Below, in pieces: positions 49,621 through 63,114 of a stretch of 64,000 nt of DNA (its first letter is position 1; every line of letters begins with the position of its first letter). Source of the stretch: Selaginella moellendorffii (Eukaryota; Plantae; Lycopodiophyta). Location of the stretch: NCBI RefSeq assembly GCF_000143415.4, contig NW_003314279.1, positions 434,130-498,129 of the forward strand. Reading direction: 5' to 3'. Under the pieces are notes generated by a model. That model saw only the letters and a list, made by a program, of their open reading frames with translations. It searched no databases and was not told the DNA's origin. The position numbers were made by a program, and so were the translations under genes.

Positions 49621-52295
49621 CTAGATTGATGAGAAGGAAAACAACATTGCCAAACATAAAACCCTAAAATAAGTGTTATGGATTTTTTTAACTTAGTACA
49701 TATAATGATGTTTAATTTAACTAATATTAAAAAATTCAGAGGTGCCACATATAGCTTGCCATGTGCCTATTGAGGCAGTTCATAGGTACAGGCTCGCTTG
49801 TTCCACCAAAACACACTCACTAAACTAACACCCAACTCGCATGTTTTAAGTGGGAACATATTTATCACCCATGAACTAGTTTTAAAAAGTAGTGACTTGT
49901 ATATTAAGGTGATATAGTTGTTAATAGTCGTTAGTGTTGCAAATATAACTTCAAGTATCGAAAGATACTTATCAATTAATCCTTTCAAACATTCTTTTTT
50001 TACTACCACAACAACACAAATGTATGGTAGGGATAATGGTTGGAAGCATGATCGACTATCTAAAATATTAATTTAGTTTTTGTTAGATTATGTCACTCTT
50101 TATTCTATGTCCTACTTGGGTTTAAGCCCAAATTCCATGGTGGGGTACCCACCTCCATACATTAATACTAAAATTGTGCAAAACTCCATTTGACACTATG
50201 TTGTATCTAGGGTTAAATATAAAGAGTTGGTGCTCATAAGGGATTTAAGAGTGTTCTAATTCCTTGTTTTGTAGTGCAATGAGCTTGGATTTTAGTTCCA
50301 AATTCATATGTGCAATTAGAATTATTTGTAAGAACTTTATTATGGTCCTCATAATTAAGTTAATCAGACTGTCTATGGTTGTTGGATAGAAAATGTTATA
50401 GCTAATGTAGCACATGTGATTTTCATTGTATACCCTATGGTAAATTATTATAGGATCACCATGGAGTAAAATCTAACTTTTAGATACGTGTGCTAAAGTC
50501 AATGGAGTGGGACTTGAGTTTTAGGGCTTTAGGCCATTAAATAAAGGGATAAAGCTAAATTCTTGAATGTATAGCCAAGAAGCAAAAGAACAGGAGCATG
50601 GAGTAACAATAAAACAATCCTAGAGTATTTAGAATCTAAATGCTAAGATTAACATACAAAACAGAGTTAAGCAAAGTCTAGTGTTATTTCAATATAGTAG
50701 TAGCATAACGTAATGATAAAGGTACTCCACCAAGTAGCATAGTATGGAATCTGGATATAGACCCAAATCGGATACAAAACAACGATAAATATGCCCAGTA
50801 GAGAGCCAAATAATATTTTAGATTGGTTAGCTTATAAGGAATAACACTATATTATGAATTTAGAAGTGGGAACAACACCATCTATTTAGGATATTCTCTA
50901 CATTTTATATATATGCTTTACCAATAGATATAGAAACTTTTTATAAATAGCTAATGGGACTAAAATAAAATTAATATATAAGAAATAATAGCAAGAGTGT
51001 CTTGGCGGATATGATAAACTATTGCCTAGTGAATATGAAGGGACTAAACTCAATATTGTAGACATTCCCAACATTAGCAAGTAGAAGCTAATAATATAAA
51101 TTTATCATTATTATGTCAAGTATATTTGACTAAATGACAATTTAGGATTTCTTTCTTTAATGCCCTTTCTGTCTAAGTGCACATATGTTAACCAATTTGT
51201 CAACTGGTTTGGGTGGGGACTAATAAAGAGTACAACAATACCAATCTCTTACTATTATGACATTAAACGAAGACTATTTGAAAAAACTTGCTAATAGGTA
51301 ACTTTTGATATCTTGCAATCACATTTGCAACATACTTCTCCCTTTGAAAAAAACATTTTTGTTAATACATACTCTAGCTTAAACCCCTGCTAAAGAAATA
51401 ACTTTTGAAAAAGTTTATGGTGTTTATGCTTTATGAAAAATGCACCAATTTAAATAAGTTATAGAACTATTTCTTTGTCTAATGCAAAATGCACTTACAC
51501 TTGAATACCATTCAGCCATCATCGTTAAGGAAATAACCATTAGAGTCAACTTGGATCAATTAACTTACAAAAGATAATATGCCTTTATTTACAAATGATA
51601 TAGAGAGAGAAGTCAAAGTCTTTAACCCTTATAAGCAAATAAATCAAACCTCTCAATACTCAGTAAGGGTGGTTAAAATTGTTTATATAGTCATGCCCAT
51701 TTTAACAAAAATTAAGAACATTAAAAGAAAGATGGGTTATATGATTAATTGATAGTTATCTTAGGACTATAGATTTCACCATATCCATAAGTCTATCTAT
51801 AATGGCCCAAACATTAAGATTAATATAATGGACAAAATCAAAGTCGTAAACAAAGATATCCTAGAGTCATTGAGTATATAGTAAAAGAGATTAAAAAAAT
51901 CAAAGAGCTGAACTTGCTAGTAAATAAAATTCAATTTGGCATTGTTTTCTTCTAAATATTCTTATAACCCAACCATAACTAAATATTATCTGAAAAATAA
52001 AAACAGTAAAACAAAAACTCAACACCTAAGTTGTACTGCCAGATCGTGGCTGTGATCACCCTAGAACTCGAGGCAACTCAGCAGAAAAATACCGTATTGG
52101 AAAGATAATGATTCATCTGGTAAGGAAGATAATGTAGGGGACAACTACAGTAAACATCTCTCCAACACATTCAGGTTCTAGAGATGGGAATTATTGGGAG
52201 GGTCGCCCCTGTTACGCATGAAATTCTCATTACATTGTAGCTAGAAATGTAGGAGAGATCCAGTCTAGTGACCGAAAGAAAAGAAAGCCGTGTGA

Positions 52296-53954
52296 ATGAT
52301 CCAGCGAAGGCTAGCAGCGAGAGCTCGCACGGCGCCCCACGATGACAGCGATTTGATGCGCCTGGATCACCCGGGCCTCGTTTCTTTCCTGCAGTCCTGC
52401 GGTGCCAAAAGAGACTTGGAAGAGGGAAGGCGAGCCCACGCGTTCTTAGAGAGAAGCAATCGCGAGCCCAAGTTCATGAATCTCCTCGTCAAAATGTATG
52501 GTCGGTGCGGTAGAGTCGAGGAAGCCAGGTGCGTCTTTGCCAAGATCCCGGCGCCAAATCTTTACTCGTGGACCATGATTGTCACAGCATATGCCCAGAA
52601 TGGGCATCCACACGAGGCGCTAGGGCTCTTGAGGAGAATGGATCTGGATGGGACGCCGCCGGACAAGGTCGTGCTCAGCATCGCGGTCACTGCCTGCGCC
52701 AGCATTTGCGCGCTCTCCCTCGGCAAGCAGATCCACCATCGCGTGGCGACCCTGGGCGTCATCGACGATTTCTTGCGCTCTTCCCTCATCAATCTCTATG
52801 GCACCTGTGGCGAGATCTCTCTGGCCAAGAGTGTGTTTGATTCCATGGCGGCAGGGGCCACAAATCTCGTGTGCTGGGCCACGATGATCAAGGCATTCGC
52901 TCGCTGCGGGCAATTCCTGGCAGGGATCGAGCTCTTCTGGGAGTGGATTTCCAGAGGGGTAGAGCCGGACGCGGTGACACTCGTGAGCGCGGTGGATTGC
53001 TGCGCGGGATTGGGCGATCTGCAGCAATCCCAGGCAATCCACGCTCGCGTCCTCGCGGCGGCGGGGATGGAATCCAACGAGTTCCTGGGCAGCGCGCTGC
53101 TGACTATGTTCGTCCGGTGCAAGGCCCTGGATAGAGCGCGCGCTACCTTCGAGGCCATGGAGGCCAAGAGCGTGGTGCCATGGACGGCCATGATCTCCGC
53201 GTACGCGCAGATCGCACGGCCCAGGGAGGCCTTCCGGCTGTTCCAGAGGATGGCCATGGAGGGCGTTCGTCCCAACGAGGTGACATTCCTTGGGATCCTC
53301 GAGGGATTCGCGACGCGCGCATCGTTCCACCACGGGCGATTGATCCACGCCTGCTTCGACGATGGCAGCGCGCCCATGGCCTTGGAATTCGCTCCACCAT
53401 CCAGGATCAAGGTGAGCAACGCGATCCTCGACATGTACGCGCGATGCGGCAGCGTGGACGACGCCAGGGCCTTGTTTGATCGCATGGCATCCAGGACGAA
53501 CATCTCGTGGACGTCAATGGTGGCGGCGTATGCCCAGAACGGGCATCCCAGCTTGGCGTTGGAGATCTCCCGGGAGATGGACCAGGTGGGTATGAGCAAG
53601 AACGCCATCACCTTCATCACAATTCTCTCGGCGTGCAACCACGGGGGATTGCTGGAGGAGGGGATTCGCTTCCTTGCGGGCATGAGGCGCGATCACGGCG
53701 TGTTGCCCAGCAACGCTCACTACAGCTGCGTGATCGATCTGCTGGGCAAGGCTGGGAGACTGGAAGAGGCCGAGAGCATGATCGCTGGGCTGGTTGAGAG
53801 GCCAGATGCTGGTTTGTGGAGGTCACTCCTTGGGAGTTGCAGGATTCATGGAGATGAAGAGAGAGCCGGGCGAGCTGGGGAGGAGCTCAAGAAGCTGGAG
53901 CCATCTGATGCTGCCCCATACGTTGTGAAAAAACTGTTTCTTCTTGAGACATAG
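52296..53954 (+). CDS. PLS-class pentatricopeptide repeat protein ending in a truncated E domain, no DYW
   Basis: Intronless 552-aa ORF with repeated NLLVKMYGRCG / SWTMIVTAYAQNG / ITFITILSACNHGG / HYSCVIDLLGKAGRL motifs and E-domain start WRSLLGSCRIHGD..APYV. Confidence 0.9.
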   Translation: MIQRRLAARARTAPHDDSDLMRLDHPGLVSFLQSCGAKRDLEEGRRAHAFLERSNREPKFMNLLVKMYGRCGRVEEARCVFAKIPAPNLYSWTMIVTAYAQNGHPHEALGLLRRMDLDGTPPDKVVLSIAVTACASICALSLGKQIHHRVATLGVIDDFLRSSLINLYGTCGEISLAKSVFDSMAAGATNLVCWATMIKAFARCGQFLAGIELFWEWISRGVEPDAVTLVSAVDCCAGLGDLQQSQAIHARVLAAAGMESNEFLGSALLTMFVRCKALDRARATFEAMEAKSVVPWTAMISAYAQIARPREAFRLFQRMAMEGVRPNEVTFLGILEGFATRASFHHGRLIHACFDDGSAPMALEFAPPSRIKVSNAILDMYARCGSVDDARALFDRMASRTNISWTSMVAAYAQNGHPSLALEISREMDQVGMSKNAITFITILSACNHGGLLEEGIRFLAGMRRDHGVLPSNAHYSCVIDLLGKAGRLEEAESMIAGLVERPDAGLWRSLLGSCRIHGDEERAGRAGEELKKLEPSDAAPYVVKKLFLLET

Positions 53955-56084
53955 TAACCCAATTTCTTCTTCCTTTGCAGTTACCGAGTTTAAGAGATGC
54001 GAGGAGCCCACCCTTCAAATGCCAGAATACACCTTTTGAGAGATCAACTTCTTGTTTCCACATCATTGAATATTTCAGGGGATGAGCGACTCATCCCAAA
54101 CGCAATAAAGGAGGACACATAGGGATACTGTGTTTTAATGTACTAATACATTTGTGAATGGGATATGCAACATTTTGGAGAGTTTGACTAACCTCAATAT
54201 TCACTAAAGTCTGCCAAGACACTTTTGTTATTATGCCTTATGTGTTAATTTTGTTCAGTTCTATTGATTATTTATGAAAGTGTTTAAATTTGTTAATTGG
54301 GTATATCTACAAAATGTAGAGATTATAATCGCGTTCGTCCTGCATCTAAATTCATAATTTAGCAATATTCCATATTTAATAAATTTTCATGATTGTCCTA
54401 ACTCCTAAGACTGAAAACTGGATGAAAAAGCCTTTCAATTGTACACATTTCAAGTTGGGATGTCTATTTTAAACATATACCACCACCATCATTGTTCAAG
54501 AGATCTTTGTCCTGGATGGCATGCAATTTGGCCTTGGTGTTGTCCATGCTACTGCATTGCATGTACATGTTAAGGATCACATTGTTCACATTGATCCTGG
54601 ATGATGGAGCAAATTGGGTGTGCTACCATTGTTAAAGCAGGTGTTTATCAATCACCCATGGTGGAATGATACACATGTTACGAATCACCTCATTCCTCTG
54701 GAACTGCTGAAGGTATCCTAGGCCTTGTGATCAGTGCATAGGCAAAGATCATGGTTTTCCATGGCACACCGTGCCTTGAGTTGAGAGGCAATTCAATGGC
54801 ATGAATTTCTCAAAAATAATATGTCAATTTATTGGTGACTAGCAATTGCTAGTCAAGGTTATCAAGGATTAGACAACAAAAGATTCCAAACGCTGGGCTC
54901 CTAGTGGCTTTGGGCCTCACACTACTCCTCATTGCTGCAGTCCTTAGCAACAGGATGACTCACTTCCCTTAGTTTGGGGATGCAGGTGCTCCAACAGTGA
55001 AATTGGCTATACAGTTAGTCATATGCTTTGCAACTTGGTATATTGCGTACTTTATTGCATAGAGGTATTTAAGAAATTATTTAAAGAGTCTTTACTACTG
55101 AATTATTCATGCATTGTACCTTGGCTTTTGAAGAACAATTACGCAGTTTGCACTTGTCTCATTTAGCACAGTGTCCTAGCAATTAAATCGTTCAGCAGCT
55201 CATAATACCCATTATTGTCATATTGCAGGTAACATTAATTTAAGGTCTTCACAATCATAGGAAGTGGAATTGTTTTGATGTTGCACAGGAATTCAATGAT
55301 CCCAAACAGACCCTCCTCCAAGCCAAAACTAAGTGTACTCCTCTATAATTTATTTTTTCAACTGTGGAATTAACACAGAGACACACAAAAGGCAAATTGT
55401 ACCTATATGCCATGCCATGCCAACATTACCATATTCTGTGGCTGCCAAATTAGAGGTCCCATATGGCATTAAGCTAAGAGGCAACAAACATTGACTAAAT
55501 CCAAATATTGATATATACCTGCAGGATGAGTGACCCATTTCATGGTTTGAATCACTAGCTTTAAACTAGATTTATTTAGAGGACCCTATAAATTAGGAGG
55601 GTATTAACTAAAAGCTTTGTTTCTATTTTAATTGGTTTTACTTGGCATCATCATCAATGGAAGAGTAAAGGTAAAGGAAATTTTGTAGCATTAAAATATT
55701 AGCAAGGATATGTATGTGAATCCCATTTTGGTATAATTATTGTGTCTAGAAAATAGTTTTTGATGAGATTCATAAAGAATTAAATTACAATCATCTTGAA
55801 GTGAAATAAATCTTATAAAATAGTTTTTTGAATTTTTATAATTAATTTTTGGGGACAAAATTATAACTTGTTTTTCCAGAATACAAAATTATTTGTCCAT
55901 CTTCCTGTAGGATGAACTCACAATTATGATAATTATGAAATTCTCTAAACCATTTTAGGATATTATGTATATATAATGCTTGTCAAGGGTATAATTGACC
56001 ATAAATATGTATATTTGTATCCTTGATATTTAAAATTTTATCCATTATTAATTTAAATTTACTTTACCAATACACAATTCTTTA

Positions 56085-56540
56085 GGTACATGCCAGCAAT
56101 GCTCACTACAGCTGTGTGATCAATTTGCTAGGGGGTAAATTTGATGCAATGCACCATACTAATTATTGTGTTATATGATGTTCATTTGTCCTTCTTTTCC
56201 CACTTGATAACAAAGGAAAAACTCTTTCCACAAAAAAGAAGCATGCTTCTTCCCCCCAAAATGACCAGCCTTTAAATGATCATGATAATAAAATAAAACT
56301 GGAGCAATTAATGCATCCACCCATGGCAAATATAGATGGCCAAAACAAATAATGACAAAAAAAGTTAAATAGGTATTTTAATCTTAAGCTTTATGGGGAC
56401 TGAAACAAAAGTAAAAAAAAATACTAAGAATAGCATGGCTAGAGGTAGAGAGTATGATTGCTGGGCTGATTGAGAGGCTTGAGAATGTGGAGGTCACTCT
56501 TTTGGGAGCTGGAGGATTCATTGAGATGAAGAAGAAAAAG
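56085..56540 (+). pseudogene. Fragmented relic copy of the 3' part of the neighbouring PPR gene
   Basis: ~56090-56133 matches 53704-53747; ~56440-56535 matches ~53762-53860; the two pieces are separated by AT-rich sequence. Confidence 0.65.
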
Positions 56541-56544
56541 GTCT

Positions 56545-59500
56545 TCATGCTTTGGGAAACATACACTCCTCATACAAAGCCACGACTTCCTTCTTGGGCG
56601 TGTTGGAGCGCAGCTGCATCACCTTTGCGCCATACCCGGCCTCGGTCATCTCGTGTTTCATCTGCGCAACCGTGAGCTTGCGATAGTCACGCTGCTGGCT
56701 TTGTTGATTTTGGTTTTGCTGCTGCTGCTGCTGTTGCTGCTCGGTGCTGGCATGATCGTCCATACTCTCCCCCGGAGTGAACCCCAGGCTACTGCCATTG
56801 TCAAAGTTGAGGTCCAGGCGAGGCCTCTTGTTCCGCCCCAGGCTCTCGCTCGGCGGCGGCGTCATCTCCGGCTCCTTGTCATCCGACCCGCGCTTCCTCC
56901 TCCCCGACGACTCCGCCTGTGTTCGCAGCTTCGTCTCCAGCGCCGTCTCGTTCAGCCGGGACGTGGCCAGCTCGTGCTGGAACGAGTCGAGCTTCGCCTG
57001 GACGCCCTGGAGCTGGATTGACAGTGCCTCGGCCCTGCCGCTGGCTTCCGCGTGTGCTGCTCGCTCCGATGTCAGTAGCCCCTCGAGGACGTGCACTGTG
57101 CTGATCCTCTGCTCGTGAGCCTCCTGGAGCAGGACCTCCATCTCATGTTCCCGCTCTTCCAGCCGCCTCTCCAGGGACTGGCACTTGGTCGACGCATCCT
57201 GCTCCGCCACCTTTGCGGTTTCTAGCTCTTGCAACAAGCCCTCCTTCTCCCTGGCCAGGGCCTCGGCATGCCGCTCCGCCTTCTCTATGCCGGCCAGTCT
57301 CTCCATCGCCATCATTTGGTAGTGTTTCGACTCTTCGCGTAGAGCAACGAGCTCCTCTTCTTCCGCAAGCGCCTTGGCCTCGTGAGCCTGAAAGAACAGT
57401 TGCCGAGTTTAAGAAAAGTAAAAGAAACACGAAGAGCCCAACCTGCATGCGGGCCTTCAAATCAGCAACAAGGCGTTCGCTCTGCTCCAGCTTCGCGTTC
57501 GTCTCATTTAGTACAGTGTCCTGGCAGATGAAAATCAGAAAGATGGGAAAATACGCACATCCAGAAACAAACCTTCTGCGACAACTTAGAGGCAAACTCG
57601 GTTCGCAGCGCATCTTCTCTCATTTGTTGTTGTTTGTTTCCACGTTCCCGAAGCGCATTGAACCGTTCAGCGGATGAGCGGGACTCATTGGTCACAGAGT
57701 CATGTTTCCTCCGCCATTCGGCGGCCTCCTCCTTTGCCGAATCGGCCTGCTCACGCGCAGCCGCCAGTCGTGCTTCCGCAGCACTACACCTGCTTTGAAG
57801 TGCCGAAAGCTCGGATCTTTGCCTCTCCTCCACTAAGCGTCGGTCCCCAGACGCATGCTCAAACTTTTTTTGCCACTCCAGGGCTTCCTTCAGCGCTACT
57901 TCCAGCTGCTGTGCAAGGCTAACCCGCTTCTCTTCTGACTTGCCAAGTTTACTCTGGAGACTTGCGTACTGGCCAGCCGAGAGCTCACTAGAAGATTTGT
58001 AGTCCGCTATGGCTGCTTCATACCTTCTCTTCCAGTCCATGGATTCTCTTTGCGCAGCTTCTATCTGTCGTCCGGTCAGTGCAAGCTTATCTTCCAGCGA
58101 ACGGCATTTCAAATCAAGACTTGAAGCTTGTGATGCTGCATGATGACTAATTTTCTTAAATAGATCGCTGATTGATCCTTCCAAGCTGCAACAGACCAGA
58201 AGTTTTGTAAGGCCAAGTTCTAAGAAACATGTTACTCACCTCTGTTGAATAAATTTTACAAGTTTTTGCCATTTGGCAGGTCCAAAAACCGATTTCTCGT
58301 ATTGTACAATTAGCTCGTTTAATAACTGTAAAGCGCTTATAGTTATATTGCAAAAAAAAAAAAAAAAAGTTACCTGCAATATCTGATCCAGGGAAGCATT
58401 TGGCGAGTGGCATGCCATTCTTAATTTATCATCCATGCCTTCAATCACTTTCACGCATTTCAGCTCTGCTTCCATTGAAGACCTTTGCTTGTAGTCCTAA
58501 AAAGAAAGCTGATACGATGCATAAATGGAAAACAAATGTAAATACCTCGAAATGCTTTCTTAGAGCCGTTTGCAACTGTCTTTCATACTTTGACCTGATA
58601 GGACCCGCTCCGACAGCCTCAGCATTATACACAGAGAGAGAAGCTTGGAATGCTTTGTCGTATGCTTCTTGCAAAGCATTCTGTAAGACAAAATCGTAAA
58701 CGATCTGACTTGAGTTCTAGTAATGGTTACCAGGTCTGGAGGTGTCGATTTATCAAAGGACCTCATGTAAGTCTCCAACGCCACATCGTACGCACGGCGG
58801 CACTCATTCTCCTCAACATTCTGTACAGTAGAGAGAAAATAATCAAAGAGAACAAAATGGGGCAAGCATTACCTGCCACGATGTAGCAATTGTGGGGACA
58901 GCACCTGCGTTTATAGCGTCCAGAAAAGACTGTGTTAGACCTGCAAGCATGGGACCTGTCATCACAGTGGACCCAAGCTGTTTCGGCCTAGTTCTCTCGA
59001 TAACGAATTTTGTGAGATGATCCAATCCAAGACGAAATTCAGATCGCATCTTCTCCATCTGTAGGCAAGGCTGTATGAGGAACGAACGACCGAAATAGCG
59101 ACAACGTACTGGTAAAAGATCAAGTCTCTGGAGGTCATGCTCCTCATTCACGGGCCGCACAAGAGTGAAGCAATGCCTGTCTGGAAACAAAGCACGGATG
59201 GACTCTCGAATCTGGAAAAAGAAAATGGCACTAGCTTTGGACATAGTCAATCATAAGAAAACCTCGTTCTTGGCATAAATTGCTTTGCCACTTCCAGGCA
59301 TTGGCTGCAGAGCGGACTCGAGGTATTCCCTGGGTGTAATCCTCCGTCCGTCTTCATTAAGATCGAGATAGAAGTCCTACACATTACATATTAGAAGCTA
59401 TAAGAAAATAAGGTGAAATACTTACCCTGAGCAACCAGAGAAAAACTGGAGAGAACTGTCCAAGCTCGTCTGCAGTCGTAGTCTTTTGCGAAGCCCTGAC

Positions 59501-60308
59501 GCGAATGTGCTTTGTCATTTCCGTTACCAGAGACAAACGATCCAAGGCAGCCTCGTCAATTCCTCCCATCTAGAAATTCCATGGATAAGTTATCAGTAGT
59601 CGTTCTTTTTTCTTGGTTTCGCAAGAAGACGACACGTACTTGGTTGTAGACGAACATACTGGACAACAGCACCGCGAGTGAGAAGATCTGCGTGCTGTAC
59701 GTTCCCTACATTGAAGAACAGGACGACGAGTTTAAAAAGAAAAGACCGCAAGAAAAACCCAAAGAAACCAACATACCGTCTGATCATAAGAATCGATTCC
59801 TTCACTGTCGAGTAAGAGAAGATTATACTCCGTTCCATCCGGAGCAAACCTCTTGATCGGAGCGCTCCACATCCAGAGTCCTTTGGTGCATGGTCGGTGA
59901 GTCGGACCCACTTGAAATCCGCTACTCCGGCCTAGCAGCTATGCGCTGGACGTATTAAAAACAAGCACGATGGCAAAAGGAAAAGAAAAACACTAGACAG
60001 AGTTACACAAGCAAAAGTACCTGGTTTAAGATGAAGCTCTTCCCCTGCCGGGCTCGCCCACACACCGACACCACGCCAATCGGCCCCTTGACCAGCTGCA
60101 ATGCCGCCACGGCCTCAGCATCCATCCGAAATCTCCCCTTGTCATCGCAATAGACGAGCCGGATCGCCTTTGCCGGACCTGTGCCATTGGAAGCATTGGA
60201 CGCTGGAGCCGCGGGCGGCGCTGCCGCGGCGGTGGCCGGATCGAGCTCCACAATCCTCTTGGGTGTCCCTGGTGGAGCGCCGCCGCCGAAACCCAGCCTG
60301 CTAAACAT
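56545..60308 (-). CDS. GBPL3: Guanylate-binding protein-like GTPase (GBP/atlastin family), GBPL3-like, multi-exon
   Basis: P-loop VCGRARQGKSFILNQ; THRPCTKGLWMWS; LLDSEGID; MGGIDEAALDRLSLVTEMTKHIRVRA; WLLRDF; long coiled coil; C-terminal DYRKLTVAQMKHEMT..KEVVALYE helical motif. Orthology is inferred from architecture. Confidence 0.88.
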
Positions 60309-63114
60309 CTCTAGCCCTGCAAACCTTTCTAGGTCAGCTCAGCTGCCGGGATGCCCAGTCGCATTCTTTCTTGCCGGAAGCTTGTACCCGCGCGCCTTTG
60401 CTGCCCTAGAAACCACACCAATGGAAAGTTTAAACGGATAAAAACGTTTAGGGTGAGAATTTATAAATTTAAGACTCATCTAAATTGTATTTGTAAAGTT
60501 TGTAAATACATGTATGTATATACATGTATTATACTGGTTATTAATAGCATATAAACTGTCCATCTGAGACTGAATCCATTCTTGTAAGCAAGGAATTAAT
60601 ATCCTGAACACTTACATTAGTGGAATATAGGCAAAATAATTTATCCCTAAAGGGCAAAACTTTTTGGTAGTGTTTTGCTCTAGCATTTGGGAGTATATTT
60701 TTTATTTTTATTTTTTTATTCTCTTTTAGATTTAGATTTATATTAGTTTTTTGCAAGATTTAGATTTTAGCTATCATTGTGTTTAGATTTATTCTTATTT
60801 CTAATTTCATTGCATTCTTTTCTTATACCATGCTATGCCATCATCGATTAAGGAATATATCACTTGAGGCTATTAATGCTATTCCATTAGATTGAACTTT
60901 TGGTGCTGTAGGGTGTAATTATATTAGTGTTGCATTTATCTTTGGTGTGTTGCTATCTCCAACTTCAGTGGAAAGTGATTATATAATTTATTCTATTCTC
61001 AGTGTTCTACTATCTCCCATTGATGTGAAACATGATTATGATATTGATTAACAAATTATGGATGTTGCAGTTTAGTTCTTGGAGAATATTTGAGGATCAA
61101 GTTTTTAGGAAAACAATGTTTACGAGCTCAAATGGCTTTTAGACTATGATGAGGAACTTAATAATTACAGAGATAGATTTGGAAATGAGTTGGAGATTTT
61201 GCAGAGTAAGTGTCAATGCTTTAATCTATTATTTGATCTTTTTTCTATACCTTTTACTCATTTCTAACCTTTTTTATTTCTCAGCTTGAGCTATTTTCTC
61301 ATGTTTTTAGTGTTTCTTCTTTATCTATAGTGTTTTCTTTTCCTAACACGTTAAATATTTATGACTTTTATGATTCTCATTCTTAATTAAGTGTTTAATT
61401 AAGTGTTTTCTATCCTCCTTATACTAATTTAAATGTTAAATATATGTATGAAGTTGAGAATCTTACTTTTTTTTTTTTTGTTAACAGAGTCTTTGATCAA
61501 TTCTAGTGTTGAGTATTCCTATGTTCCAAAAGTTGAATCACTTTGCCTAGAGTTTCAAGTTGAATGCATATCCTCACTTCTAAAAGCTTTTATTTTACCT
61601 TTGTTACTAAGGAGTTTATGCATTTCCTTGAGAGTGAATGTTATTATTGATTTTCCCATCTTAATGTTGAATTATATGTTGAGGAAGTTAAACAGTATGA
61701 ATTTTTTGTTTATATTGTGGTGATTGAAGTATTTTATGATAGGAAATCCTCTATTTTCCAAGTTTTGAACACATAATTTTTTTTTATTTCCCCATTTCTA
61801 CATTATTAACTACTCTAAATTCCTCTTTTAATACTTCTTTATCCACTTTTTCTTCTTCAACAATTGATTTTTCTCAATTTTTCTCATTTTCTCATTTTTG
61901 CTCTGACATTTCAAACTTTTTTTTTCCTTAGAGGAGGGGGTTGAGTGGACAAATGGGAGTTTGGCTATAATGATGGAGTAAAGATGAGCAAATACAGTAA
62001 TGGAATGAAGATAAATAACATGGATTATGGAATGAGGATGAACATAACAAGTCCAAATAGAACATTTAACGCCAACATAGTAAGGCTAAATGAATGCAAT
62101 AGTGAAATGATGCCAAAGTGAGAACAAGCATAAAGAGTCTGAACAAAGTTAGTGCTTCAAAACTTTTTATTCTTCGAGAAGAGGATAAAAAAGAGTGAAA
62201 GACAAATGAAGTGAGTCCAATCTCTCATATGCTATGCTAAATAAAGACGAAGAAGTAAGCTTTATTTATGGTTATGAGTCTAAATTAACAGTGGTTTCAA
62301 AATATTATCGGCAGGCAAATTTAAACATGGAATGTATCGTTTTATGGACCACATTGATTCTCAAAGTTCCTTGCTTTGGTTCAAAATTATGATTTCGAAG
62401 TTAGTTTAAGCATTTAGCAACTACACATAAAGTTGCAATTAATTTATTTGAATTCTATAGTCAATTAATGTTTATGCCATGGCATTGGGTTTTGTTTCAA
62501 TCATGGTTTTTATCAACTTTATTGGTAGTTTTATAGGAGCTTTAGATTTTTGTAGTAGTTTATAATTGCCTAGTAGAAGCTCTAGATGTTTCACTTGACT
62601 TATTGCCATCACCTTTTTCATCTTTCGGAAAGGAAGATAGTGTAAAGTTTGTAAATATATATATATATCTGTGTGTGTGTGTCTGTGTGTCTGTGTGTAT
62701 TACCCTAGCTAGGTAATACATTAATTATAGTACTATAGTATATGGACCGTTTATTTGAGATTGAATTTAATCCATTCATTCTTATATATAAGTAAGGGTC
62801 TAAACCACAAAATATACCTATTTTTATATTTTGATAATTCACATATCTTAATAAATAACAAATTAGTGTTGCTAAAAGAAAAATCATACTTTGTACAAGA
62901 AAGATGTTTAGAATTTATAGATTTAAAATGATCTCTAATTATATTTATACATTTCTACAGTATATGAATAATAAAATATAATATTGAATTTATTTATGCT
63001 ATTTATTCTCTTATATGTACAAATGTCACAAATTAATAGAAACACTATTTCTAAGTATTTATTAAAATACAAAATAGCTTTATACATTTGTAGTTTTTCT
63101 TCTCAATATTGAGT

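Noticed and set aside
52529-53826. Many overlapping alternative-frame ORFs in the PPR gene and the last GBP exon
   Set aside because: Expected shadow ORFs of GC-rich coding sequence.
62654-62700. (AT)n/(GT)n microsatellite
   Set aside because: Ordinary simple repeat.
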